Shown one piece after another: positions 19,060 through 26,478 of a stretch of DNA of 35,896 bases (position 1 is its first letter; each line of letters starts with the position of its first letter). The DNA lies in IMG/VR virus record IMGVR_UViG_3300032216_000254, positions 1 to 35,896 of that record; one strand, 5' to 3'. The position numbers and the translations under genes were made by a program. Origin of the DNA: a virus. Lineage: Duplodnaviria > Caudoviricetes. The notes below the pieces were generated by a model. The model saw nothing but the letters and a program-made list of their open reading frames with translations. It was not told the origin of the DNA and searched no databases.

Positions 19060-19279
19060 TATTTGCCTCCGTTAATCTTTTGCTATCATATTTTTTAGTG
19101 TTAATTACTTTAATAATTCCTTTAACATCTGGAATCAATGGTGTTATCGTAACATTGTGAAGTTTAGATTTTAGGTCTTTAAACCATGAAAGTTCTGTAG
19201 GTTCAGATGTCATAAGACCAGACCATACAAGTTTACCTGTTCCATCAAATTCTTCTACAAGCCACGCTAACGGTTTCAT
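19049..19279 (-). CDS. Hypothetical protein
   Basis: 76 aa starting MKPLAW, coupled to neighbours. Confidence 0.55.
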   Translation of the reverse strand: MKPLAWLVEEFDGTGKLVWSGLMTSEPTELSWFKDLKSKLHNVTITPLIPDVKGIIKVINTKKYDSKRLTEANSGL

Positions 19280-19662
19280 TAATAAAATACCATCCTTCCT
19301 ATTTTAACCATTTTCTTTTTACCAAACCATTGAGTTTTTGTTGGCATACTATCGTCATGGAAGTAAAGAGCTTGCCCAACTGGATTTGCATATTTATGAA
19401 AAACAATTGTATCAAGTACCAATAGTTTAGTTTCCAAATACGCCTTTTCATCAACTTTCCTATGACTTTCATCTGTAACCCCAATAAACTGACCATTAGC
19501 ATAAACGACAGAGCATACAGAATCACCCCAGCGACCACTATGCAACCTATTACGAATAACATTAATTACTCCTATCTTGGCTTCTATTGATTGTGTATTA
19601 GCCTCGTGATATACAGCACTAGCATAACACACAATTTCCATTTCTAAATGACTAATGTCCAT
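19279..19662 (-). CDS. SleB-like cell wall hydrolase (Hydrolase_2)
   Basis: C.A.AVYHEA, V.NVIRNR, SVCSVVY...QF, ALYFH and IG.MVFY motifs. Start taken at the second Met; 19680 is the alternative. Confidence 0.8.
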   Translation of the reverse strand: MDISHLEMEIVCYASAVYHEANTQSIEAKIGVINVIRNRLHSGRWGDSVCSVVYANGQFIGVTDESHRKVDEKAYLETKLLVLDTIVFHKYANPVGQALYFHDDSMPTKTQWFGKKKMVKIGRMVFY

Positions 19663-20014
19663 TTGGCTGATAAAATCCACTAACTAAAGGCATAATCACA
19701 TCTGCACCAATTTTTTCAATAATCATTTCTCTAATATTATGTTTACTCATTCCTGCTAACTCACAACATAAATCATAAATATCATTATCATCAAATAACC
19801 ATTGTATAGCATCTACCTTGTCTCGTAAAGCTAATTTGTTTTTAGACTTTAAAGTTGTGATAGACCTTTCTGTTGCATCTCTTTTTTGTTTTTTAGGAAC
19901 ATACATAGCATCATCTATTGTTTGGTATAACATTGCCAATAATAACTTTGCCTCTGGAAGTTCAGCTAAATTACTTTTATCATCATAATCTACTATATCG
20001 TCATCAAAATCCAT
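19652..20014 (-). CDS. Hypothetical protein
   Basis: 120 aa with GGAG RBS. PE..L..A.L.Q...DA..W...CEL.G pattern. Confidence 0.6.
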   Translation of the reverse strand: MDFDDDIVDYDDKSNLAELPEAKLLLAMLYQTIDDAMYVPKKQKRDATERSITTLKSKNKLALRDKVDAIQWLFDDNDIYDLCCELAGMSKHNIREMIIEKIGADVIMPLVSGFYQPNGH

Positions 20015-20130
20015 AATGTCTCCGTATTTTCATTAGGGTAAAATAAATGTTTATTACTTGCTTTTATATGTATAATTAGCCACAATAATATACACAAGCT
20101 AATTTGCTTGGATTTTATTAAGGACAAATC

Positions 20131-20202
20131 ATGTGGACAAAACCATCAGCAACTGAAATGCGTTTCGGCTTTGAAGTAACAATGTATGTAATGAACAAGT
20201 AA
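20131..20202 (+). CDS. pqqA: PQQ precursor peptide PqqA (not in ORF track)
   Basis: Direct translation MWTKPSATEMRFGFEVTMYVMNK*. Has the PqqA W-x-x-P leader, the R-x-G-F-E-V-T-x-Y core and the E-x-x-x-Y pair. AAGGA RBS 6 nt upstream. Confidence 0.95.
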   Translation: MWTKPSATEMRFGFEVTMYVMNK

Positions 20203-20209
20203 TTCTAGA

Positions 20210-20237
20210 GAGGGTGTTCCTAAAAAGGAACATCCTC
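20210..20237. terminator. Hairpin between convergent pqqA and SSB genes
   Basis: GAGGGTGTTCCT-AAAA-AGGAACATCCTC, a 12-bp stem with one G-U pair on the + transcript. It overlaps the SSB stop codon and has no clear U-tract. Confidence 0.55.
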
Positions 20238-20456
20238 GTCTACTGTTGCTTGTTTAGGTTTAACATCACCGTCTTTTAATTGAACAGTTCCGCTAATAAA
20301 CTTACCATTCTTTCCTTCACGAATCCAACCAGCGATTCTAAACTCAATACCATCTACGTTTGCAAGTCCTGTATAGTTTGGTTTCTTTGGATTATCACCT
20401 TGTTCATTTTTAAATAATGTAAATGTGTTTGTATTATCATATTTTTGTTCTGCCAT
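20220..20456 (-). CDS. Small single-stranded DNA-binding protein
   Basis: 78 aa. LFKN...PNYTG....DG......W pattern and acidic DEDVPF tail, in the recombination module. Confidence 0.7.
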   Translation of the reverse strand: MAEQKYDNTNTFTLFKNEQGDNPKKPNYTGLANVDGIEFRIAGWIREGKNGKFISGTVQLKDGDVKPKQATVDEDVPF

Positions 20457-20471
20457 GCTTTTCTCCTTAAG

Positions 20472-20684
20472 TTATCTAACTGCGTTCTTACGTCTAGTAT
20501 AATGCCTTTTTACTACTGAACCTCTAAATGCGTCTGGGTTAGTTTCTACTAACTCATCTATAACAGCATGTAGTTTTTCCATATAAGGTGCTTGACCATC
20601 TTCACCTAAATCCCAAAACTTTCTAGCTGGCATACCACTACTTGCCATCATAAGTTTTAATCTTTGTTCCTCTGTTAGTCTCAT
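20472..20684 (-). CDS. Hypothetical protein
   Basis: 70 aa with AAGGAG RBS. Confidence 0.6.
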   Translation of the reverse strand: MRLTEEQRLKLMMASSGMPARKFWDLGEDGQAPYMEKLHAVIDELVETNPDAFRGSVVKRHYTRRKNAVR

Positions 20685-21283
20685 TTAATCTCCTTAAGTT
20701 TTTTAATTATTTCATCTACTTCCCCTAAAAACTGCTTAACTTCTGACTCCAATTCTTTTTGATATACAGAGTCTGCTTCAACACGCTTTACAAATAATTG
20801 TAAATGCTCTGGAAACATTGGGTTATAGCTAACAAAATCACACCACTTACGACCTGTAACCAAAAGTTGAAATTGCACTTGAGGTATATACTTACTTGGA
20901 ATATCTTGAGTCATCAATGTTTCTGTATGCGTACTTCCCATAGGACATTTAATTTCAAGAATACCGTCTGTACCTACCATACCATCTGGACTAGCACCAG
21001 CTTCCAAAGTAGGATGCTGAATAAATCCTACTTCTTCCACTTCACCATGTTGTTGCACATATTTTTCCCTAGCATAGAACTCCCTGTCAATTCCATCTTG
21101 CATCGCTTGGTTCACATATGTTTCTTGCCTTTCACCTGTAAGCCTTTCGCTTACTAGCTGAATCTTGTAGTTACGTCTAGACGCAGATTCACCAGACTTA
21201 ATCTTTGCTAGCACATCAGCCACACGACTAGCTGTAACTTTGCCTAGTCGTGCTTGAAACCACTCTTCGCTACGCTGTTCCAT
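20681..21283 (-). CDS. YqaJ / lambda-type exonuclease
   Basis: QRSEEWFQARLGKVTAS, ASPDG, LEIKCP, Y..QVQ.Q and WCDFVSY motifs. Confidence 0.9.
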   Translation of the reverse strand: MEQRSEEWFQARLGKVTASRVADVLAKIKSGESASRRNYKIQLVSERLTGERQETYVNQAMQDGIDREFYAREKYVQQHGEVEEVGFIQHPTLEAGASPDGMVGTDGILEIKCPMGSTHTETLMTQDIPSKYIPQVQFQLLVTGRKWCDFVSYNPMFPEHLQLFVKRVEADSVYQKELESEVKQFLGEVDEIIKKLKEIK

Positions 21284-21783
21284 TAGATAAAGTCCTCTGC
21301 TTTAGTATCTTTCATTTTAATAACTGCACCAGCACTAGCATCTACCACGTCATGCTCAACAATCTCAAGTGCTGAAACCCATAAGTATCTACGAATATAA
21401 GTTTGAACTGCACCTAGATTCTGAACTTCATGGCAACCTTTAAGAGCAGCAGTTGACATAGGGCTTGTAATATTAACACTAGAACCATCTGCCATATCTG
21501 TAATAGTAAGTGTTGCAATTTCTTTACCAAAAGATACAATACCACATAATTCTAATTCTGAAAATATTTTTTGAATAGCTGGTAAAAAATCACCTAGTTC
21601 AAAGTATTTATAACCAGCAAATTTATTATGTCCAGACTTTGTTAAGTTTGTTTCTTGTAACTTTAATCTAGCTTGCATTAACTTCTTATAAACTCCCATC
21701 TTGCTTCCCTCCGTTATGTATTTGTTCACTTCTTCTATTTCCTGTTGCATCATCACTTGGTCGTAAAACATTTGACTGTCCAT
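21283..21783 (-). CDS. ERF-family ssDNA annealing protein
   Basis: KSGHNKFAGYKYFEL.D and Q.LGA..TY.RRY motifs. Start is 21783 or 21699; both have an RBS. Confidence 0.8.
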   Translation of the reverse strand: MDSQMFYDQVMMQQEIEEVNKYITEGSKMGVYKKLMQARLKLQETNLTKSGHNKFAGYKYFELGDFLPAIQKIFSELELCGIVSFGKEIATLTITDMADGSSVNITSPMSTAALKGCHEVQNLGAVQTYIRRYLWVSALEIVEHDVVDASAGAVIKMKDTKAEDFI

Positions 21784-21871
21784 ATCGTTTCTCCCATTCA
21801 TCATTTGATTTCTTAAAGTCTTCTACCATATCATGCAGTATTTCTGATACACGTCTTAAATCAGATGCCAT
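21686..21871 (-). CDS. Hypothetical protein
   Basis: 61 aa starting MASDLRRV with a GGGG RBS. Overlaps the ERF 5' region in another frame. Confidence 0.4.
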   Translation of the reverse strand: MASDLRRVSEILHDMVEDFKKSNDEWEKRYGQSNVLRPSDDATGNRRSEQIHNGGKQDGSL

Positions 21872-21987
21872 ATAATATACCCCCAAAATATTATTAAATA
21901 CCACTTTACCACATAATAGAACTTTTGTGTAAACTTTTTTTGCAATCGTTCATTAGTGATAATACGCATAAATCTATCTATGTTCAT
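21856..21987 (-). CDS. Small membrane protein, first gene of the leftward early operon (not in ORF track)
   Basis: 43 aa, GGAGGAG RBS, aromatic TM segment YYVVKWYLIIFWGYIIWHLI. Confidence 0.65.
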   Translation of the reverse strand: MNIDRFMRIITNERLQKKFTQKFYYVVKWYLIIFWGYIIWHLI

Positions 21988-22010
21988 ATCTCCTCCAAAC
22001 TTGAAAAGCC

Positions 22011-22039
22011 ACTATACTCTTACTTTTAAACATTGTCAA
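22011..22039 (-). promoter_or_regulatory. Leftward sigma70 promoter (pL-like)
   Basis: TTGACA-N17-TATAGT on the minus strand. Confidence 0.85.
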
Positions 22040-22060
22040 CAACTATTTTAAAATAATTAT

Positions 22061-22089
22061 TTGACAAGATTTTAAATAGGTGCTATAGT
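22061..22089 (+). promoter_or_regulatory. Rightward sigma70 promoter (pR-like)
   Basis: TTGACA-N17-TATAGT with an extended -10 TG. Confidence 0.85.
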
Positions 22090-22117
22090 CATGTTTCATT
22101 TCAATAAGGAGATTTAA

Positions 22118-22312
22118 ATGAACTTTACAGAGGCAGTAGCACACTTTAATAACTCAAGACGTAAGATGGCATATGCTTTAGATATTTCCATTCAAGCTAT
22201 TCAATATTGGGCTAAAGAACCAACTAAAGATATTCCAAAGAAACGTGCAGAACAAATTGAAGAGATTTTAATTAAGAGAAGACAAGCAGAAACTATTCCA
22301 CAGGGAGAATAA
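22118..22312 (+). CDS. Cro-like HTH regulator
   Basis: 64 aa. AV.HF...RKMA.AL.IS.QAI.YW....IP..RA.QIE pattern, first gene after the promoter. Confidence 0.75.
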   Translation: MNFTEAVAHFNNSRRKMAYALDISIQAIQYWAKEPTKDIPKKRAEQIEEILIKRRQAETIPQGE

Positions 22313-22313
22313 T

Positions 22314-22922
22314 GTGAGAATAAAAAATTGGGACAAATTTAATTATTATAATACATCTAATCCAAAATATCGTAAAGAGATGACTTGGTTTAAGATTTAT
22401 GGTCGTGATGTTTTAAACAATTTAGATTGGTTTAAACTAACTTCTGACCAAAAAGCAACACTTTTTGAGTTGTGGTGTTTAGCTAGTCAAAATGAGGGTA
22501 ATTTACCTAGTGTTGATATTATTGCATTTAGACTTCGTAAAGAAGAATCTTATATAATCAATATGTTAGAAGTTTTATCAGATTGGTTATGCACTAATTC
22601 CGCCAAAAGTGCAGACGATGGGCAGACATCATCCGCCACAGATAAGATAAGAGTAAATAAGATAATATCTATTGTGCGATTTGAAGATTTTTGGAAAGAG
22701 TTTCCAGTCAATAGAAAAGTAGGTAAAAAACCATGTATGGAAAAATGGGGTAGCAAGGGATTAGATGAAATTGCAGATAAGATTATTAATCATGTTAAAA
22801 CCATGAAGCAATCTAAACAATGGAAAGAAGGATTTAACCCTGCACCATTGACTTACATTAACCAAGAAAGATGGGATGATGACAATGCACCTAAACGAAA
22901 CGTATGGGATAACGCACTATGA
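22314..22922 (+). CDS. Replication initiator (lambda O-like layout)
   Basis: RIKNW.KF..Y and WFK N-domain, FEDFWK.FP..RKVGK and P.TYINQERWDD C-domain. Directly precedes the helicase. Confidence 0.7.
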   Translation: MRIKNWDKFNYYNTSNPKYRKEMTWFKIYGRDVLNNLDWFKLTSDQKATLFELWCLASQNEGNLPSVDIIAFRLRKEESYIINMLEVLSDWLCTNSAKSADDGQTSSATDKIRVNKIISIVRFEDFWKEFPVNRKVGKKPCMEKWGSKGLDEIADKIINHVKTMKQSKQWKEGFNPAPLTYINQERWDDDNAPKRNVWDNAL

Positions 22923-23839
22923 ATATAGGTGAAGCTATGGAGTCATTAACGGTTAGTCAGTCCGTAATTACTGATTATTATCAAAAGGAAGAATATGCTC
23001 ATGCAGAATTTAAAGTTAAGGATACGTCTGTATTTACTGACGATGTCTTGCGATATTTTAATACTGAAATACATAGTGGGAAAACGCTTGGTTTTATTAA
23101 AACGGAAGATGCATTTAGGGTAAGACCTAGTGAGTTGACAGTATTGACAGGAGTGTCTGGTCATGGTAAGTCTATGTGGCTTTCACAAGTTATTTTAAGT
23201 CTTATGTCTCAAGGAACAAAGTGTTTAGTTAGTTCTTTAGAGATGAGACCTGTGCTTACATTGGCTCGTATGATTACACAGACTTTAGGTTCACCAGAAC
23301 CAACAGATGATTTTATAACTAAATTTTGTGAACGTGCAAAAGATAAATTATATATCTATGACCAATTAGGTTCAACATCTAGTGAAGATATGATTGCTAC
23401 AATGTATTGGGGTAAACATATTTTAGGCGTAGAAGTTTTTGTGATTGACTCGCTTATGAAAATGTCAGACATTTCAGAAGATAATTATGAGAAGCAAAAA
23501 TTGTTTATTGATAGACTTGCAGTAACATGTAGAGACTTACAAGTTCATGTGTTTTTAGTTGCACATACTCGTAAGATGTCAGATGAATCAGAAATACCAG
23601 ATGCTACTCACATATTAGGCTCAAGCCATATTCGTAACTTATGTGATAACATAATTTGTGTCTGGAGAAATAGAAACAAAGAACGAGAAGTTGAAAACAA
23701 CGAAAAGACGGAAGATGAATTAAAGAAAATTCCAGATGCTATGGTATTTGTGCAGAAGCAACGTAACTATCAGTTTGAGGGTAAGTTTAGTTTTTGGTTT
23801 GACCCTAAAGGTTTAAAATACAAGGAGAGTCCACGATGA
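22919..23839 (+). CDS. DnaB / T7 gp4-type (SF4) replicative helicase
   Basis: Walker A GVSGHGKS, SLEM, VIDSL, LVAH.RK and KQRN motifs. Confidence 0.9.
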   Translation: MNIGEAMESLTVSQSVITDYYQKEEYAHAEFKVKDTSVFTDDVLRYFNTEIHSGKTLGFIKTEDAFRVRPSELTVLTGVSGHGKSMWLSQVILSLMSQGTKCLVSSLEMRPVLTLARMITQTLGSPEPTDDFITKFCERAKDKLYIYDQLGSTSSEDMIATMYWGKHILGVEVFVIDSLMKMSDISEDNYEKQKLFIDRLAVTCRDLQVHVFLVAHTRKMSDESEIPDATHILGSSHIRNLCDNIICVWRNRNKEREVENNEKTEDELKKIPDAMVFVQKQRNYQFEGKFSFWFDPKGLKYKESPR

Positions 23840-24006
23840 CTATAAATGATTTTATAAAGAGTTGCAAAGAATTATTTGGTGATGATATAATATACAAAGC
23901 GACATCTAAAGACGGTGTAACTTTTAAATCTAAAGGGTGGAGTGATAAATATGATTCGGTTCGTTTTAACCAAATACAATTACGAGAATTTGCTGGAAAA
24001 GATTAA
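23836..24006 (+). CDS. Small hypothetical protein (not in ORF track)
   Basis: 56 aa, ATGA coupling with the helicase stop, AGGAG upstream. Confidence 0.5.
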   Translation: MTINDFIKSCKELFGDDIIYKATSKDGVTFKSKGWSDKYDSVRFNQIQLREFAGKD

Positions 24007-24307
24007 AGCATTAGATTTATCTAAAAGATGGCGTGTAAATATTACAGAGGAAAAAGTTGTGCGTAGTTTAGAGCAAAATGAAAGATTGTGGTCTCTATAT
24101 GGGTCAATAGCTAACTACATTGGTGAAGACCCTAGCACAGTTCACGAATTGTTAGGATATAAATTCTTGCGTTATCAAACTGAAATTGCTGGAAATCCTG
24201 TTGAGTTAGTTAAATCAACAACAAAGTTAAATACAAAAGAGATGACAGAATATCAAGAAAATTGTGAACGATGGGCTTCTAGTTTAGGTTGGAGTTGGGA
24301 ATTATAA
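23951..24307 (+). CDS. NinB/Orf-like recombination protein
   Basis: RSLEQN.RLW and STTKL..KEM.EY.E motifs. Confidence 0.75.
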   Translation: MIRFVLTKYNYENLLEKIKALDLSKRWRVNITEEKVVRSLEQNERLWSLYGSIANYIGEDPSTVHELLGYKFLRYQTEIAGNPVELVKSTTKLNTKEMTEYQENCERWASSLGWSWEL

Positions 24308-24414
24308 TGCAATCTGTCATTGACGGAATTGTAGTATTCTGTATAATGTGGTTTATTGGTGGAACATTTAAATTTATTTGGAGTGTATATGAATTTTACT
24401 CATGCAGTTGTTGA
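24307..24414 (+). CDS. Possible small membrane peptide (not in ORF track)
   Basis: 35 aa hydrophobic ORF with TAATG coupling to the upstream stop. Confidence 0.4.
   Translation: MQSVIDGIVVFCIMWFIGGTFKFIWSVYEFYSCSC
24320..24347 (+). promoter_or_regulatory. Possible internal sigma70 promoter
   Basis: TTGACG-N16-TATAAT. Confidence 0.35.
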
Positions 24415-24562
24415 TGATGGTGAAATCATTCGTAAACATCGTTGGTCTAAACGTGAAGCTAAATGGTATAAAGATACTCACCCAAACGTGCAAGTTATAG
24501 AATTACCTAAAGAACCTGTTAAACCCTTTAACACTAATGATTACGAGGAAGCACCTTACTAA
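24389..24562 (+). CDS. Small hypothetical protein
   Basis: 57 aa from ATG 24389 with GGAG RBS, ending EEAPY. Confidence 0.55.
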   Translation: MNFTHAVVDDGEIIRKHRWSKREAKWYKDTHPNVQVIELPKEPVKPFNTNDYEEAPY

Positions 24563-24852
24563 TGAAATATAGAAACGAAAAATTGTTAAAAGCAGTTAGA
24601 GAATTTCCTTGTGCTATGTGTGGAAGAGAAGATGGAACAGTTTGTGCGTCTCATTCTAATCAGCAACGTGACGGAAAAGGAACAGGAGTTAAGGCACATG
24701 ATTATCGAATCGCTAGCCTTTGCTATAAATGCCATGATATGATAGACAATCATAAAGAGTTAGATAAACATGAAAAAGTTGAAGCATGGGAATCTGCTCA
24801 TCGTAAAACTATTGGTTGGTTATTTGAGAAGGGAGTAATTAAAATTGGGTAA
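24562..24852 (+). CDS. DUF1364/YbcO-like zinc-binding HNH-type nuclease
   Basis: C..C, H.N...GKG.G.K..D and LC..CH motifs. Confidence 0.7.
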   Translation: MKYRNEKLLKAVREFPCAMCGREDGTVCASHSNQQRDGKGTGVKAHDYRIASLCYKCHDMIDNHKELDKHEKVEAWESAHRKTIGWLFEKGVIKIG

Positions 24853-25138
24853 AGGTTCAACACCAAGACCGTTTACAGACAGAGCAGTCTTTGAAGATAA
24901 TTGGGATAAAATATTTGGTAAACAAAAAACAGTAGACCCATTACCAAAAAAAACTCCACACAAAATATTAAAACAATCTCGTATAGATACTGTTGGTCAA
25001 AATGGTAATGATGGTTTACATTATGAATACGAATTAAATAAATCCACAGGTGAAGTTGAAAAACGTTTTCTTGATGGAGTATCTAAACCTAACGAAAGTC
25101 AATTTGATGGCAACAAGTCCAACGCAGTTGAGCCTTAA
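24845..25138 (+). CDS. Hypothetical protein
   Basis: GKGSTPRP.....F..NWD.IF motif common in small phage proteins. Confidence 0.55.
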   Translation: MGKGSTPRPFTDRAVFEDNWDKIFGKQKTVDPLPKKTPHKILKQSRIDTVGQNGNDGLHYEYELNKSTGEVEKRFLDGVSKPNESQFDGNKSNAVEP

Positions 25139-25424
25139 GAAGTTAAAAGAAGATGGTTATTTAGTAGCAATTACAGAGCATTGGAATCCATTCGCTAGAG
25201 TTCGTCAAGACTTATTTGGTTTTATAGATTTACTAGCAATCAAAGACGGAAAAGTTTTAGCAATACAAACAACAAGTAAAACAAATATGAGTGCAAGAGT
25301 TAAAAAGATTTCTGATTTAGAAAACATTAGCATTATAAGAAAATGTAATTGGCAAATAGAAGTTTGGGGTTGGAGTAAAAATAAAAGCAATCGTTGGGAA
25401 TTGAAAGTAATTGATGTATCATGA
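25107..25424 (+). CDS. PD-(D/E)xK nuclease, possible Holliday junction resolvase
   Basis: DLFGFIDLLAI...LAIQ.T motif. Start taken at ATG 25107. Confidence 0.65.
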   Translation: MATSPTQLSLKKLKEDGYLVAITEHWNPFARVRQDLFGFIDLLAIKDGKVLAIQTTSKTNMSARVKKISDLENISIIRKCNWQIEVWGWSKNKSNRWELKVIDVS

Positions 25425-25738
25425 AACCGCATGAAAGACAATATGAAGTTCATGGTAAATCAGTTAATCTAGAAAAGTTTAGAATACATATTTTAGAAGT
25501 AATTGAAAATGATTCATTAACTATTCCACAAATAGCTGACGCATTAAAGACAGACTCTAGGAGGCTTATGGGTGTTTTGTATAATATGCACGCAGTAGGT
25601 TTAGTAAACATTAATAAATGTGGAAGATTTCTTGCATTTTCAAAAGTTAAAGTTCCAATGCTACAAGACATATATCACCCTATGCCAGACTTTAGTAATA
25701 GGATTAAAAGTATTTACATTCATTCAAGCGAGGAATAA
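25421..25738 (+). CDS. Winged-HTH DNA-binding protein
   Basis: IL......LTI.QIADAL.......L..M...GLV pattern. Confidence 0.55.
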   Translation: MKPHERQYEVHGKSVNLEKFRIHILEVIENDSLTIPQIADALKTDSRRLMGVLYNMHAVGLVNINKCGRFLAFSKVKVPMLQDIYHPMPDFSNRIKSIYIHSSEE

Positions 25739-26065
25739 ATGCACATAGATAGACTTAAACAGATTTTAGATGATTGGGCTTTGTATATGCACACACCAAG
25801 CAATCGTTTAGGCTATCCTAGCAAGTCAATAGGCATGATTAACGGAGGCGAATCTACTAGCGAAGCATTTGAAGACATGGTCTCTGAAATGGATATGAAT
25901 AACGTCAGAACCATTGACGCAATTATTAGTAGTCTTCCTAACCCTCAAAAAGATGCAGTTTATACACGATACCTAAAAGCTAGAAAGCGTGTAGATTATG
26001 AGCATCAATTAAGACTTGCCTTTGATAATATGCTTACTATGGCTTCCAAGCGTATTGTCGCTTGA
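25739..26065 (+). CDS. Q-like late antiterminator / sigma region 4-like regulator
   Basis: L..WA......LGYP...ID..I.SLP..Q..AV..RY pattern. Last gene of the operon, followed by a promoter and terminator. Confidence 0.6.
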   Translation: MHIDRLKQILDDWALYMHTPSNRLGYPSKSIGMINGGESTSEAFEDMVSEMDMNNVRTIDAIISSLPNPQKDAVYTRYLKARKRVDYEHQLRLAFDNMLTMASKRIVA

Positions 26066-26091
26066 CATTATTAGTTAATTTATGCTATAAT
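26062..26091 (+). promoter_or_regulatory. pR'-like promoter
   Basis: TTGACA-N18-TATAAT with an extended -10 TG, overlapping the Q-like stop codon. Confidence 0.8.
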
Positions 26092-26135
26092 TCGGTTGTT
26101 GGGATAGTCTCGCCCATCATCTCCGTAGTCTCTTT

Positions 26136-26166
26136 AAGCCCTTGTAAATAAAGGGCTTTTTTTATT
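26136..26166 (+). terminator. Rho-independent terminator (tR'-like)
   Basis: AAGCCCTT-GTAAATA-AAGGGCTT followed by a T-run. Confidence 0.85.
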
Positions 26167-26175
26167 GGATAAAAC

Positions 26176-26337
26176 ATGAAAAAACCTAGTAAAGCACAAG
26201 CTAAAGTTAAAAAAGTTATGGGTGAATGGAAAGAAGGAAAACTTCACACAGGTTCAAAGACAGGTAAAGTCGTTAAAAGCCAAAAACAAGCTATTGCTAT
26301 CGCTTTAAGCGAAGCTGGTAAATCTAAAAAGAAATAA
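26176..26337 (+). CDS. DUF6496-like small basic protein (not in ORF track)
   Basis: 53 aa. KVKKVM.EWK.GKLH.GS.G..VKS.KQAIAIALSEA motif. Confidence 0.75.
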   Translation: MKKPSKAQAKVKKVMGEWKEGKLHTGSKTGKVVKSQKQAIAIALSEAGKSKKK

Positions 26338-26478
26338 TTAACTTCGCTTTTTGTATTTCTTATAGAAGTAAGCAAATAAACGACCTAGTATCTCTAAAGC
26401 AATAAACATAATAACCCAAAATATAATAGCTTCTGCAAGGCTTCCTTGATTAAGGTTATGGCGTTCTTCTCTATCCAT
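26338..26478 (-). CDS. Small membrane protein (not in ORF track)
   Basis: 46 aa with a single TM and basic tail. Its stop abuts the convergent DUF6496 stop. Confidence 0.5.
   Translation of the reverse strand: MDREERHNLNQGSLAEAIIFWVIMFIALEILGRLFAYFYKKYKKRS

Noticed and set aside
19299-19562. Nested hydrophobic ORF inside the SleB-like gene as a possible spanin or holin
   Set aside because: No clear RBS or convincing lipobox, and it is outside the lysis module.
20131-20202. pqqA as an attP core for integration
   Set aside because: No integrase was recognised, and the gene is complete with its own RBS and hairpin. It cannot be fully excluded without the missing segment.
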